From the NCBI GenBank assembly GCA_037924335.1, contig JAXSMZ010000012.1, positions 1 to 24,814 on the forward strand: a DNA stretch of 24,814 nt. The letters run 5' to 3'. Shown here one piece after another: positions 16,119 to 24,814 of the stretch; position 1 is the stretch's first letter, and each line of letters opens with the position of its first letter. Under the pieces are notes generated by a model. That model saw only the letters and a list, made by a program, of their open reading frames with translations. It was not told the DNA's origin and did no database searches. Origin of the DNA: Aquificaceae bacterium. GTDB lineage: Bacteria; Aquificota; Aquificia; Aquificales; Aquificaceae. The position numbers and the translations under genes were made by a program.

Positions 16119-16496
16119 TCAGAAGGCCTCTTTACTTTTTACCTCTTCTACAAGGTTCCCCTTTTCATCGTACAACCTCATAACTGCCTTCCTTTTTCTG
16201 ACCTCCATATCTGAACGTAGCATCCCATCCTTGTACTGCATCCACCTCTGCCTTAATCCATCTTGTGTGAAATATATCTCGGACCTAAAGCCATCACTAC
16301 TCAATACTACCTTACACCAGTTCATATCCTCGTAATCTACTATACCTTCAACGGTTATGGTAGTAGATCCACGTAGAATAGCACCTTTGGGACACCAGCT
16401 GCCACTCTCTTTGGCTTGATAACTAGCTCTCTCTTCACAAGATAGGAAGACAATGGTAGATGCAACAAGTACAGCCATTACTGTTATTTTCTTCAT
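16119..16496 (-). CDS. Hypothetical lipoprotein (125 aa)
   Basis: MKK + hydrophobic core + FLSC lipobox; TATAAT 8 nt upstream of ATG; two further Cys (WCP, WCK). Confidence 0.75.
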   Translation of the reverse strand: MKKITVMAVLVASTIVFLSCEERASYQAKESGSWCPKGAILRGSTTITVEGIVDYEDMNWCKVVLSSDGFRSEIYFTQDGLRQRWMQYKDGMLRSDMEVRKRKAVMRLYDEKGNLVEEVKSKEAF

Positions 16497-16526
16497 CGGT
16501 AAACATTATAATGTCTTTTTCTTTTT

Positions 16527-16553
16527 AAAGAGGGGGCAATGAGTGTACCCCCT
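16527..16553 (-). terminator. Intrinsic terminator-like hairpin after porG
   Basis: Minus strand AGGGGGUA-CACUCAU-UGCCCCCU followed by CUUU, about 11 nt after the porG stop; U-tract is short. Confidence 0.6.
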
Positions 16554-16564
16554 TTATTATTGAA

Positions 16565-17278
16565 TTATATGGCTGCAACGTCACGCGGCCTTGGCAAGAA
16601 AGGCTCTATACCTTGCTCCTGAGCCCACCTCCTACCAAGCTCATAGCCAGCCTTTGCTGTGTTTAAGTTCTTCTCTATTAACTCTAACTTCTTTTTGAAC
16701 TTTCTCTCAAGGGCAGAGTCAAGGGATGCAGTACCTCCTGAAGCTACAAACTTTTTCAAGAACCTTGATTTTATGCCTTCCTCTATGGCTTCTATCCCCA
16801 CAACTCCAATGGTACCAAAAAGTATACCTATCATAGCCATGTTTGTAGAAAGCTCCGTGCTAGCTATGTCTATCGCTAACTTTGTGGCAGAAATGTTGAA
16901 CACCTTTACGTTTATGGACTGAAGGTATTCTTTATCCTCATCCGTTAGCAGGTCTTCCTCTGTGTTTATAATTATCAGCCCATAGTTCTTTATACCTGAA
17001 TAGAAGGGCATAGTGTAAGATTTGCCCATGGTTATGACTTGGGGATGAAAAACCATTATGACATCTGGATACACCACCTCCCCTCTGTCAAATATAGGTT
17101 CTATGCCTATTCTTGCGTAGCTCTCTGCTGGAGCCATCCTTTTTTCAGCACCAAAGAAGGGGTTGGATACAGCATAGTAGCCTTCGTAGTCAGCCGCTGT
17201 AGCTATTATATGGGCTGCTGTAACTGCTCCTTGACCACCCAAAGCTGGCATTCTTATGTTTACTCTTCTTCTCTTCAT
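16565..17278 (-). CDS. porG: Pyruvate/2-oxoacid:ferredoxin oxidoreductase gamma subunit
   Basis: LGGQGAVTA, PFFGAEKRMAP, NMAMIG; last gene of E-D-A-B-G operon. Confidence 0.88.
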   Translation of the reverse strand: MKRRRVNIRMPALGGQGAVTAAHIIATAADYEGYYAVSNPFFGAEKRMAPAESYARIGIEPIFDRGEVVYPDVIMVFHPQVITMGKSYTMPFYSGIKNYGLIIINTEEDLLTDEDKEYLQSINVKVFNISATKLAIDIASTELSTNMAMIGILFGTIGVVGIEAIEEGIKSRFLKKFVASGGTASLDSALERKFKKKLELIEKNLNTAKAGYELGRRWAQEQGIEPFLPRPRDVAAI

Positions 17279-18135
17279 AGCAATCCTTCCTCCTTCTTCC
17301 TGTTTATCACTTCCTCGGCTTGAGAGGAAGCATACTCAAAGAAGTTAAACCTCTCTTTGTCCCTTGCTCTCATCTCTTCAAGAGCATCATCAGAGTTCAG
17401 TCCTATCTCGAGTATACATGGTGTGTACAGATGAACGTAAGTGGGACCTATCTCTCTCGCCACATAAATAGCCTTCTTTATAACACTCTCAACCCTCTTT
17501 GGAGATGAGACAGTAAGTCTTGCTACGTAGTGGCACCCAGAGTCTATGGCAAGTTGCCACATGGGAACCTTTTCCCACTGCTTACCCTTCGGTGCCATTT
17601 TGAAAACATGACCCTTGACTGTCAGGCCGCTCTCTTGACCCCCCGTGTTGGCATAAACTTCGTTGTCAAAGCATATGGTTGTTATCTTCTCCTGCCTGAA
17701 GAAGGACTGGAGTGTGCAATCAAGACCTATATCAACGGTTGCACCATCTCCTGCAAGAACTACCACATCCTTTACCTTATCTGGAAACCTCCACTCAAGG
17801 ACCCTCTTAATGCCAGAAGCTACTGCGTTCTGATTCCCAAAAAGGGAGTGGACCGTATGAAGAGCTATATGGGGAAAAACTAAGGATGTGCAACCTGTGG
17901 AGTTGATTATTATAGTATCTTCTGGATTGGGAAGAGATGCCAGTATGTATCTGAAGGCCATGGATTCTGGACATCCTGCACAGAGGGAGTGTTCCTCTAA
18001 AAGTTCCTTTGCATAAGGGAGGTCCATGACTCCTCTTTTTGGATTGCCCCATGTGGCCTTAGACTGAAGGTCCTTTATCTCCTGAGGTACAAAGTCTATA
18101 AGAGCTTCGTTTATCTCGTATATCTTATATGACAT
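17275..18135 (-). CDS. porB: Pyruvate/2-oxoacid:ferredoxin oxidoreductase beta subunit (TPP binding)
   Basis: LCAGC, TGC, GDG...DIG...DNEVYANTGGQ, TPC. Confidence 0.9.
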   Translation of the reverse strand: MSYKIYEINEALIDFVPQEIKDLQSKATWGNPKRGVMDLPYAKELLEEHSLCAGCPESMAFRYILASLPNPEDTIIINSTGCTSLVFPHIALHTVHSLFGNQNAVASGIKRVLEWRFPDKVKDVVVLAGDGATVDIGLDCTLQSFFRQEKITTICFDNEVYANTGGQESGLTVKGHVFKMAPKGKQWEKVPMWQLAIDSGCHYVARLTVSSPKRVESVIKKAIYVAREIGPTYVHLYTPCILEIGLNSDDALEEMRARDKERFNFFEYASSQAEEVINRKKEEGLL

Positions 18136-19333
18136 GCTTGACCTCCTTTCCTGTTAGTTTCAAAACTTCCTTAGCTATAACCTCTGGAGGCATGGTCATA
18201 CCACCAGCAACTCTAGGAGAGCCAATGACTTCAGCCCTTGAATGCCCGTAGAGGTACCTTCTTACCTCCCTTTCTAACCATCCTATCACGTTGAACTCTG
18301 GAACAAAAATGTACTTGGCATTCTTGACAGAGTTTCTCAGCTCTTCTACTGGGAAAGGTCTTATAGTCTTTAATTTTATAACTTTTGCCTTTACTCCTTC
18401 ATCTTCAAGTAACCTTACTGCTTCCTTTGATTGGGCTGATGCCGTACCACATGCTACAAAGACAATGTCAGCCTCAGGGTCTCCGAACTCTTCCACAAGC
18501 CCCCTAAGGTAATGCTTGGCATAGGGCCTTGACCTTTCTATGGCAGACCTTACCTCCCATTGCCAGCTTGCATGCGTTGCGTAAGATATATAGTTGGACT
18601 TCATCACAAATGGGTCTCTCAGGAATCTCCCCGGTGGAACTTCTGCATCTATAACTGGCAGGGGAGCTCTGTATGGGTCGTAAGGTGGCAAAGCTATGTC
18701 ATCTGGGGGAAGGTAAACGGCCTCTCTTGTGTGAGAGACAAAAAAGCCATCTACTGCAGTTATCAAGGGAACGTGTACATCAGGTTTTTCTGCAACGACA
18801 AACCCTGCCAGTATCATATCAAAAAGGTCCTGGGCAGTTTCTGCATACCATATCATGCATCCTGTATCAAGGAGAAAAGCAACCTCAAGGTTGTCTGGCT
18901 GAATAGTAAGGGGGGCATTCACACCCCTCGCCATAAGCACCAGCTGGACTGGTATTCTTGTACCAGCCCACATGGGAAAGTTTTCAAAAGCCCTTAGAGT
19001 TCCAGGTCCTGATGTGGTGGTTATTGTCCTTGCTCCAGCCATAGCGCAACCCGCAACCTCAGACATAACACCAAACTCAGACTCTCCTCTGAAGTAAACT
19101 CCCACATATCCTTCTACCCAAAGCTCACCTATGAGATGAGCAGCCTCTGACTGTGGTGTAATTGGATAGGAAACGGATGCATCAACGGATGCTCTCTTTA
19201 CAGCCTCTTTCACAGCTTCAGAACCAGTCATAAAGTGCTTCTCTTTTGGAGCTTCAAAGAGAAGATAGTCTAGTGAAACAACTCTCTGCCCTGCTCTGTT
19301 ATATATAACGCTTTGCTCCTTTGTTGTTTGCAT
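18125..19333 (-). CDS. porA: Pyruvate/2-oxoacid:ferredoxin oxidoreductase alpha subunit
   Basis: YPITPQSE, ESE, TTTSGPG, DGFFVSHT, RPFP; SD AAGGAGG upstream. Confidence 0.9.
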   Translation of the reverse strand: MQTTKEQSVIYNRAGQRVVSLDYLLFEAPKEKHFMTGSEAVKEAVKRASVDASVSYPITPQSEAAHLIGELWVEGYVGVYFRGESEFGVMSEVAGCAMAGARTITTTSGPGTLRAFENFPMWAGTRIPVQLVLMARGVNAPLTIQPDNLEVAFLLDTGCMIWYAETAQDLFDMILAGFVVAEKPDVHVPLITAVDGFFVSHTREAVYLPPDDIALPPYDPYRAPLPVIDAEVPPGRFLRDPFVMKSNYISYATHASWQWEVRSAIERSRPYAKHYLRGLVEEFGDPEADIVFVACGTASAQSKEAVRLLEDEGVKAKVIKLKTIRPFPVEELRNSVKNAKYIFVPEFNVIGWLEREVRRYLYGHSRAEVIGSPRVAGGMTMPPEVIAKEVLKLTGKEVKHVI

Positions 19334-19399
19334 AGCTACCTCCTTACAGGATTTCTAAATAAAATGTAAAAAAGCCCACAGAAAAAAAGTTGAGTAAGG

Positions 19400-19669
19400 T
19401 CATAAGAAAACCTCTCCAAGGTCTATACAAAAACCTTCAAGCACCTTTGAACAGACCTTGCCCTTTTCTTCTGGAAAGACAAGCCAGTGCTCTTTAATGC
19501 TAAACTGAGCGTATATTCTTCTTTTGTCCTCTGTATCCTTTTTAAAGGTATTTGGAGAGACCACTTTTACCACAAGGTCTGGAGTTCCAAAAATGCCTTC
19601 CCCCTTCACTATATCAAGCCTATCCTCAAGCTTTAGGTAGTCTTCGTAAGTAAAGAGAGTAGCCTTCAT
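19400..19669 (-). pseudogene. Internally deleted Uma2 (DUF820, PD-(D/E)XK) endonuclease-family gene, still one open frame (89 aa)
   Basis: FTYEDYLKL, G.PDLVVKVVSP....D...K..IY....IKEHWLV.P and S.VLEGF.IDL.EVF are Uma2 hallmark blocks, but the protein is about half the usual ~180 aa. Confidence 0.8.
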
Positions 19670-20235
19670 TTCCCAAGCTCCCTTCTCACCTCTTGGGCTA
19701 TGTTTATAAACTTCTCTATTTCTTCTAAGTGTTGATCTCTTAAGGTTATCATGGCATCTTCATGCCCAGCCATACCACACATGGCTATAGTAAAGCAATC
19801 TGTCTCAGCCCTTATGATCTTAAGAGCTACGTTAGCATAATGGCAGTGGACTCCAATAAATATACAGGCTTTTATTTTGTTGTGCCATATGGTAAGGTTT
19901 GGATGGTTGGGGTTTATCTCAACGGCTGGGTTTATCTTTGGATACTTGGGTCTGTAGTCATACATAGGGATTATCTTGGCTCCTAGAACATCTGCCATCT
20001 TCCTTACAAGCCTTGCTTTTTCCTCTGCTTCTTCGTTCCAAGCGTAAAGCACCTGAGGTCCAGGGAATATGGTGGGGTTATCCCTTGTGAGCATTGCCTT
20101 TGCAGCTTCTCTCATGGCTATCTCTTCTTCAACGATCTCGTTGAACATGAGAGCTTTACCGGGCGGCGGGTTTAGAATTCCTTCGTAAACAGCCACAGGA
20201 TACGGTGAAAAGCCAGATGGTCCAAGCGTTGCCAT
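19666..20235 (-). CDS. porD: Delta subunit of five-subunit ferredoxin oxidoreductase (CO dehydrogenase beta-subunit-like family)
   Basis: NPTIFPGPQV, PKYPKINP..EINPNHPNLTIWHNKI.ACIF.GVHCH; operon position; SD AAGGAGG. Confidence 0.82.
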   Translation of the reverse strand: MATLGPSGFSPYPVAVYEGILNPPPGKALMFNEIVEEEIAMREAAKAMLTRDNPTIFPGPQVLYAWNEEAEEKARLVRKMADVLGAKIIPMYDYRPKYPKINPAVEINPNHPNLTIWHNKIKACIFIGVHCHYANVALKIIRAETDCFTIAMCGMAGHEDAMITLRDQHLEEIEKFINIAQEVRRELGK

Positions 20236-20250
20236 TCTTTACCTCCTTAG

Positions 20251-20481
20251 TTATTTTCCAGCATGCACTTCCGGCATGGCCATATGAATGGCGTTTCTTT
20301 TCAAAAGGTCAACGCACACATAAACACACAATGCACAACCCTTACACCTTTCTGACACAACATAGGCGTGGTGTTCTTCATCCGTGTACATGAGAGTGTT
20401 TGGCTCAGGGCAGAAAAGGGTACATTGTCTACAGTTGTACTTGCTGCACTCATCCTTTATCACTTCTGCCACATAGTACAT
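20251..20481 (-). CDS. porE: Ferredoxin-like epsilon subunit (2x[4Fe-4S])
   Basis: C-x4-C-x2-C-x3-CP and C-x2-C-x2-C-x3-C motifs; 76 aa; first gene of operon; SD AGGAGG. Confidence 0.85.
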   Translation of the reverse strand: MYYVAEVIKDECSKYNCRQCTLFCPEPNTLMYTDEEHHAYVVSERCKGCALCVYVCVDLLKRNAIHMAMPEVHAGK

Positions 20482-20513
20482 AAAGCTCCTCCTAAAAGTT
20501 GTTTGAATTTATT

Positions 20514-20554
20514 AAATTAAAGCCCTTGATTAAAATGTCAACTTGGTTTATATT
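20514..20554. promoter_or_regulatory. Overlapping divergent sigma70 promoters (por operon / S41 protease)
   Basis: Minus: TTGACA (20541-20536)-16 nt-TAATTT (20519-20514). Plus: TTGATT (20526-20531)-17 nt-TATATT (20549-20554). Confidence 0.55.
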
Positions 20555-20569
20555 TTAAAGCCGTTTAAT

Positions 20570-21688
20570 ATGAGTATACGCATACTCTTGATCTTTTTGG
20601 TCTTTCATACCACATACGCCCAGGAGTATTGCCAAAAAGAAGAAGCTTTAGAAAGGTTCAAAGAGCTTGTTAGGAAACATTACCTTTGGAAGGATAGGAT
20701 AGGAAGCATGGAATGGAAAAGCTTAGAGGACGCAATAAAATACCTCAGAGAGAAAGGGGACAGATGGACAAACATAACAAAGCTTGAGGAAGATAAGGTA
20801 TGGTATTCGGAAGCTAAATTGTTCGGTGTGGGGATAAGATGGGATGAAGAAGGTGTTATCATAAGAGTTTTTAAGAACTCTCCAGCTGAAAAAGCTGGTC
20901 TTAAAGAGGGGGATAGGATACTCTCTGTAAATGGCGTAAAAGAAAAAGACCTTTGGAGTAAAACTATAAGGTCTGTAGCCGTAGGCAGTGAAATTAGCAT
21001 AGTATTGAAGCGAGATGGAGAGATTATGACCTTTTATATAACTAAGGGGGAGTTTTTTGCACCTCCTGTTGAGGATGTGCGAGTTATTCAAATGGATGGT
21101 AAGAGAATAGGGTATATAGCTTTGACTAACTTCACAAAACCAGCCATTCAAGAGTTCAGGAAAAGCCTGGATTACATAAATGCACAAAAAGTGGATGCTC
21201 TCGTGCTGGACCTTAGGAACAACGGTGGTGGATTGGTATCCATTGCAAAAGAGATAGCTGACATGTTGGTTGGTGGGAATGGAGCAATGTTTTATTTAGA
21301 TTCTGTAAGCGGAAAGATGGATGTTTATAACTTCAAGAATAGGGAAGCATACTTTAAAAAGCCCATACTTGTTTTTGTAAATAGATTTACAGCGTCGGCG
21401 GCAGAGTTGCTCACCGTTCTGTTAAAAACCTATGCAAAGGCCACTGTGGCAGGAGAGTTCACAGTTGGGAAGTATGTGGGAAACAATCTTTATCCTTTAG
21501 ATTCCTGCGGTGATGTGTTAAGGCTCGTAACCTTTGAGATGAAACTTCCCGATGGTAGTACAATAACAGACGATAAAGGAGTACTGCCAGACTGTGTTAT
21601 AAAGGCTAAGGGGGACAATGGGCTCAGCATGGCTCTGGACTGCCTCAGGGAGAAGGTAAACTTAGAACCCTCCTTAGCTCATCCTTGA
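20570..21688 (+). CDS. S41 family (C-terminal processing, CtpA-like) periplasmic protease with PDZ domain
   Basis: Signal peptide from ATG 20570; GVGI, SPAEKAGLK.GD.I..VNG (PDZ), LDLRNNGGG, TASAAE (Ser), T.GK (Lys), G..PD. Confidence 0.9.
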   Translation: MSIRILLIFLVFHTTYAQEYCQKEEALERFKELVRKHYLWKDRIGSMEWKSLEDAIKYLREKGDRWTNITKLEEDKVWYSEAKLFGVGIRWDEEGVIIRVFKNSPAEKAGLKEGDRILSVNGVKEKDLWSKTIRSVAVGSEISIVLKRDGEIMTFYITKGEFFAPPVEDVRVIQMDGKRIGYIALTNFTKPAIQEFRKSLDYINAQKVDALVLDLRNNGGGLVSIAKEIADMLVGGNGAMFYLDSVSGKMDVYNFKNREAYFKKPILVFVNRFTASAAELLTVLLKTYAKATVAGEFTVGKYVGNNLYPLDSCGDVLRLVTFEMKLPDGSTITDDKGVLPDCVIKAKGDNGLSMALDCLREKVNLEPSLAHP

Positions 21689-22163
21689 CCTCCTCCCTTG
21701 ACCTCTCTGTATCGATTTCTACGGCATCATCTGGGGGTTGAAAGACCTCTTTCTGTTTGAGATATATTTTCCAATCAGCATCGGATACGTCCTCTCTTCT
21801 TGAGAGCCTCCTCCTTATCTCCTCCTCGCTCGCCTTTGCAAGCAGAAAAAAAGCATAGGGGAATTTTCTCTTAACAAGGTCTCTTTGCCAACTTTTCAGA
21901 AAGGTAGCATCTAGCACTACATTTTTCCCTTTAGCTTCAAGATCCTGAGCTCTTTTTACCATCTCCTCGTAAACTCTTCTTGTCCATTCTTCAGAGTATA
22001 TATCTTCACCAAAGCCAGCTTTTACATGCTCCTCTGGCTTTACGCCTGCAAGCTCCTTTCTTATGATGTCACTCCTTAGCCATTCAAAAGAGAAATCTGA
22101 GTGGAGTATGCTCGCTATAAAGGATTTTCCGCTTCCAGAAAGACCCATAACAACAACGATCAT
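21645..22163 (-). CDS. AAA_33 family P-loop kinase-like protein
   Basis: GLSGSGKS Walker A, RSD.IRK.LAG, VVLDATF, R...SDA. Confidence 0.85.
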   Translation of the reverse strand: MIVVVMGLSGSGKSFIASILHSDFSFEWLRSDIIRKELAGVKPEEHVKAGFGEDIYSEEWTRRVYEEMVKRAQDLEAKGKNVVLDATFLKSWQRDLVKRKFPYAFFLLAKASEEEIRRRLSRREDVSDADWKIYLKQKEVFQPPDDAVEIDTERSREEVKDELRRVLSLPSP

Positions 22164-22657
22164 CTCACTCCAAGTATTTTAAGCATCTGGGGATTATAGC
22201 CCTCTATGACCTTATAGCTTCCTAATACTATGTTGTAAGGCGTTGCAGTGACGCCTTGCTGTTGAGCTATCTTTATATGCTCATACACCAACGGGCATTC
22301 CTTTACCTTTGGTGGTTTCCCATCAAACTTGCCAGAGAGGACCTGATCCAAAGCTTTAAGCTTATCCCTTGAACATGCTATGTAGTAAGACTTTGGATAG
22401 CTTTCTGGAGCCGTTCTAAAGGGGAGAAGGAATATATAAAGCTTTACCTTGTTCAAATAAGGCCTTAACTCTTTCCACTCTTCTCTACAGTGCGGACAGT
22501 CTGGGTTTATGAAAGTTATGAGCTTAGCATTACCTCTGCCTATCACTATGGCCTTCTTTAGGTCTATACTTTCAACCTGTTCTTTTACAAACTCAGAGTA
22601 AAGGTCAGAGGCGTGTGCGTAAACAAAAAGGAAAAGAGCAAGCATGTAAGCCATCAT
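22160..22657 (-). CDS. DsbC/DsbG-like thioredoxin-fold periplasmic protein
   Basis: Signal peptide, NPDCPHC active site, second Cys pair, GV.ATP cis-Pro loop; TGC-TAAAAT 7 nt upstream of ATG. Confidence 0.85.
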   Translation of the reverse strand: MMAYMLALFLFVYAHASDLYSEFVKEQVESIDLKKAIVIGRGNAKLITFINPDCPHCREEWKELRPYLNKVKLYIFLLPFRTAPESYPKSYYIACSRDKLKALDQVLSGKFDGKPPKVKECPLVYEHIKIAQQQGVTATPYNIVLGSYKVIEGYNPQMLKILGVR

Positions 22658-22699
22658 AGGCTTTATTTTAGCACAAATTGAGTTATCTTAATATTTTGT

Positions 22700-24496
22700 A
22701 TGGATACAAAGCTTGTAAGAAACTTCTCTATAATAGCGCATGTGGACCATGGAAAATCTACCCTTGCAGACCGCCTTTTGGAGTTTACTGGATCTGTATC
22801 AAGAAGGGAACTGAAAGAGCAGATGCTTGACACGCTTGATATAGAAAGGGAGAGGGGTATAACCATAAAGCTTCAGGCTGTTAAGATGTTCTACAGGAGG
22901 AAGGATGGAAAAGTATACACATTGCATCTTATAGACACGCCTGGGCACGTGGACTTCTCTTATGAGGTTTCAAGGGCATTGGCCGCTTGCGAGGGGGCGA
23001 TCCTGCTAGTAGATGCCACGCAAGGCATTCAAGCCCAAACGGTAGCAAACTTCTGGAAGGCTGTAGAGAACGACCTTTTAATAATCCCAGTCATAAACAA
23101 AATAGACCTACCCTCTGCTGATGTAGAGAGAGTCAAGAGTCAAATAGAAGAAGTGCTTGGACTGCCAAAGGAGGACCTAATATTAGTATCTGCAAAGGAG
23201 GGAATAGGCATAGAGGAAGTATTGGAAGCCATAGTCCAACGCATACCACAGCCGAAAGGAGAGTCCAGCAAACCCCTGAAGGCTCTCATATTTGACTCTT
23301 ACTACGACACCTACAGAGGGGCTGTTGCCTTTGTGAGAGTTGTGGATGGGGAGATAAAGCAAGGAACAAAGATAAGGCTCTTTTCCACAGGAAAGGAGTT
23401 TGAAGTCACAGAGGTTGGAGCTCAGATGCCAAAAATGACCAAACTGGAGAAGCTTTCTGCTGGAGATGTAGGATACATAGCAGCTTCCATAAAGGATGTA
23501 AGAGACATAAGGGTTGGGGACACTATAACAGACGCAAAAAACCTAGCAAAGGAGCCTATACCGGGGTTCAGACCCGCAAAGCCCATGATTTACGCTGGCA
23601 TGTACCCTTCTGACGGACAAACTTATGAGGAGCTAAGAGAAGCCTTGGAAAAATATGCAATAAACGATGCAGCCATCCAGTACGAACCGGAGACATCACC
23701 AGCTTTGGGACTTGGCTTTAGAGTGGGCTTTTTGGGGCTTTTGCACATGGAGATAGTTCAAGAGAGACTAGAGAGAGAATACGGAGTTAGCATAATAACC
23801 ACAGCTCCAAGCGTTGTCTACCAAGTAAAGCTAAAGAGTGGGCAAGTAAAGGAAATAAAGAATCCTTCAGAACTTCCAGAAAACTGGGGAAGCATAGAAG
23901 CCATAGAAGAGCCTTATGTTCTTTTGACTATTGTCACTCCAAAGGATTATTTAGGAAACGTAATAAGCCTCTGCCAAGAAAAGAGGGGCATCCAAAAGAA
24001 GTTTATATACTTAGATAAAAACACGGTAATGCTTGAGTACGATATGCCTCTAAGCGAAGTTATAATGGACTTTCATGACAAGATAAAGGGGCTCTCTAAG
24101 GGCTATGCCTCATACGATTATGATTTCATAGGTTTTAGGGAAGAAGACCTTGTGAGGCTAAACATCTTCATAAACAACGAACCGGTAGATGCCCTCTCCT
24201 TTATAGTACACAGAGAGAAAGCCTACCGAATGGCAAGACAGCTTGTAGAAAAGCTAAAGGAGGCCATTCCCAGACAGCTCTTTGAAGTAAAAGTTCAGGC
24301 TGGCATAGGCTCAAAGGTCATAGCATCGGAACGCATACCACCCCTTAGGGCTAACGTGACAGCCAAGTGCTACGGAGGAGACATAACAAGGAAGAGGAAG
24401 CTTCTGGAAAAGCAGAAGGAGGGCAAAAAGAGGCTTAAGCAGTTTGGAAGGGTAGAGCTACCACAGGAAGCCTTCCTGACGGTGCTAAAGTTATGA
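22700..24496 (+). CDS. lepA: Translation elongation factor 4
   Basis: [72 protein letters not shown]. Confidence 0.99.
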   Translation: MDTKLVRNFSIIAHVDHGKSTLADRLLEFTGSVSRRELKEQMLDTLDIERERGITIKLQAVKMFYRRKDGKVYTLHLIDTPGHVDFSYEVSRALAACEGAILLVDATQGIQAQTVANFWKAVENDLLIIPVINKIDLPSADVERVKSQIEEVLGLPKEDLILVSAKEGIGIEEVLEAIVQRIPQPKGESSKPLKALIFDSYYDTYRGAVAFVRVVDGEIKQGTKIRLFSTGKEFEVTEVGAQMPKMTKLEKLSAGDVGYIAASIKDVRDIRVGDTITDAKNLAKEPIPGFRPAKPMIYAGMYPSDGQTYEELREALEKYAINDAAIQYEPETSPALGLGFRVGFLGLLHMEIVQERLEREYGVSIITTAPSVVYQVKLKSGQVKEIKNPSELPENWGSIEAIEEPYVLLTIVTPKDYLGNVISLCQEKRGIQKKFIYLDKNTVMLEYDMPLSEVIMDFHDKIKGLSKGYASYDYDFIGFREEDLVRLNIFINNEPVDALSFIVHREKAYRMARQLVEKLKEAIPRQLFEVKVQAGIGSKVIASERIPPLRANVTAKCYGGDITRKRKLLEKQKEGKKRLKQFGRVELPQEAFLTVLKL

Positions 24497-24814
24497 AGGA
24501 GTTTACAAGTTTCTTGGGATTTGTCTTTGAGGGAGCTTTTAAGTTAGGGTTTGTAGAAGGAAGGCCTTTAGATTACCAAAGCTTTGCTGATGGCATTTTT
24601 AACAAGCTTGAGGAGGAGGCAAGAAAAGACAGTAAGCTCGTGGAGATAGTCCAAGATATAAGGTCATGCTTTCCTTACCAAATTCATGACCCACCTGAAA
24701 ACATGAAAGGGCTTAGTAGCTTGTTCTCAAGCTATCATGAAGAGACGGAAGAAGGTATAAAGCCAGAATGGAAGGAGATATACACCAAGCTTACCTTTGC
24801 CATAGGGTATGCTG
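24493..24814 (+). CDS. Hypothetical protein, N-terminal part only (runs off window)
   Basis: ATG overlaps the lepA stop (ATGA); 107 codons open to the edge: [34 protein letters not shown]...[15 protein letters not shown]. Not in the supplied ORF track. Confidence 0.8.
   Translation, partial: MKEFTSFLGFVFEGAFKLGFVEGRPLDYQSFADGIFNKLEEEARKDSKLVEIVQDIRSCFPYQIHDPPENMKGLSSLFSSYHEETEEGIKPEWKEIYTKLTFAIGYA

Noticed and set aside
16659..20393. Plus-strand ORFs opposite the por genes and the alternative-frame ORF 17807-18052
   Set aside because: Shadow or out-of-frame ORFs within highly conserved genes; no independent support.
20526..20541. FNR/Dnr box upstream of por
   Set aside because: Spacing is TTGAT-N6-GTCAA, not TTGAT-N4-ATCAA.
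21645..21688. 44-nt convergent overlap of S41 protease and AAA_33 genes as an antisense regulatory device
   Set aside because: Short overlaps are ubiquitous in this compact window (also 1424-1429, 13135-13178, 15810-15841); no specific evidence of regulation.

Overview
Gene-dense, mostly housekeeping chromosomal window. Gene content and protein style suggest a thermophilic Aquificaceae bacterium (Hydrogenobacter/Thermocrinis/Aquifex-like); this is inference. Left to right: a 5'-truncated TnpB (RuvC/zinc-ribbon) remnant with a structured upstream region; yjbQ, a membrane protein and DUF465; an ilvD - pteridine-reductase-like SDR - QueC-paralog operon; a polyprenol-kinase-like gene divergent from pyrB-lptC-lptA-HU/IHF-geranylgeranyl reductase-SYLF; a decayed coiled-coil gene bracketed by a 19-bp inverted repeat; dapA-DUF4149-rusA; a three-gene archaic (Csu/spore-coat-U type) chaperone-usher pilus locus; a 5xLysM/degenerate M23 protein, acylphosphatase and a lipoprotein; the five-subunit ferredoxin oxidoreductase operon porEDABG (reductive TCA cycle) interrupted by a miniaturised Uma2 nuclease gene; an S41 protease, AAA_33 kinase, DsbC-like protein, lepA, and the start of an unknown ORF coupled to lepA. 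The best non-annotated signals are recurring -10-N5-9-ATG (apparently leaderless) gene starts, an 18-bp palindromic bidirectional promoter, the inverted-repeat-flanked cassette, the promoter-fronted tnpB 3' remnant, the QueC-paralog/pteridine reductase pair and the in-frame mini-Uma2. No rRNA, tRNA or CRISPR array was seen.
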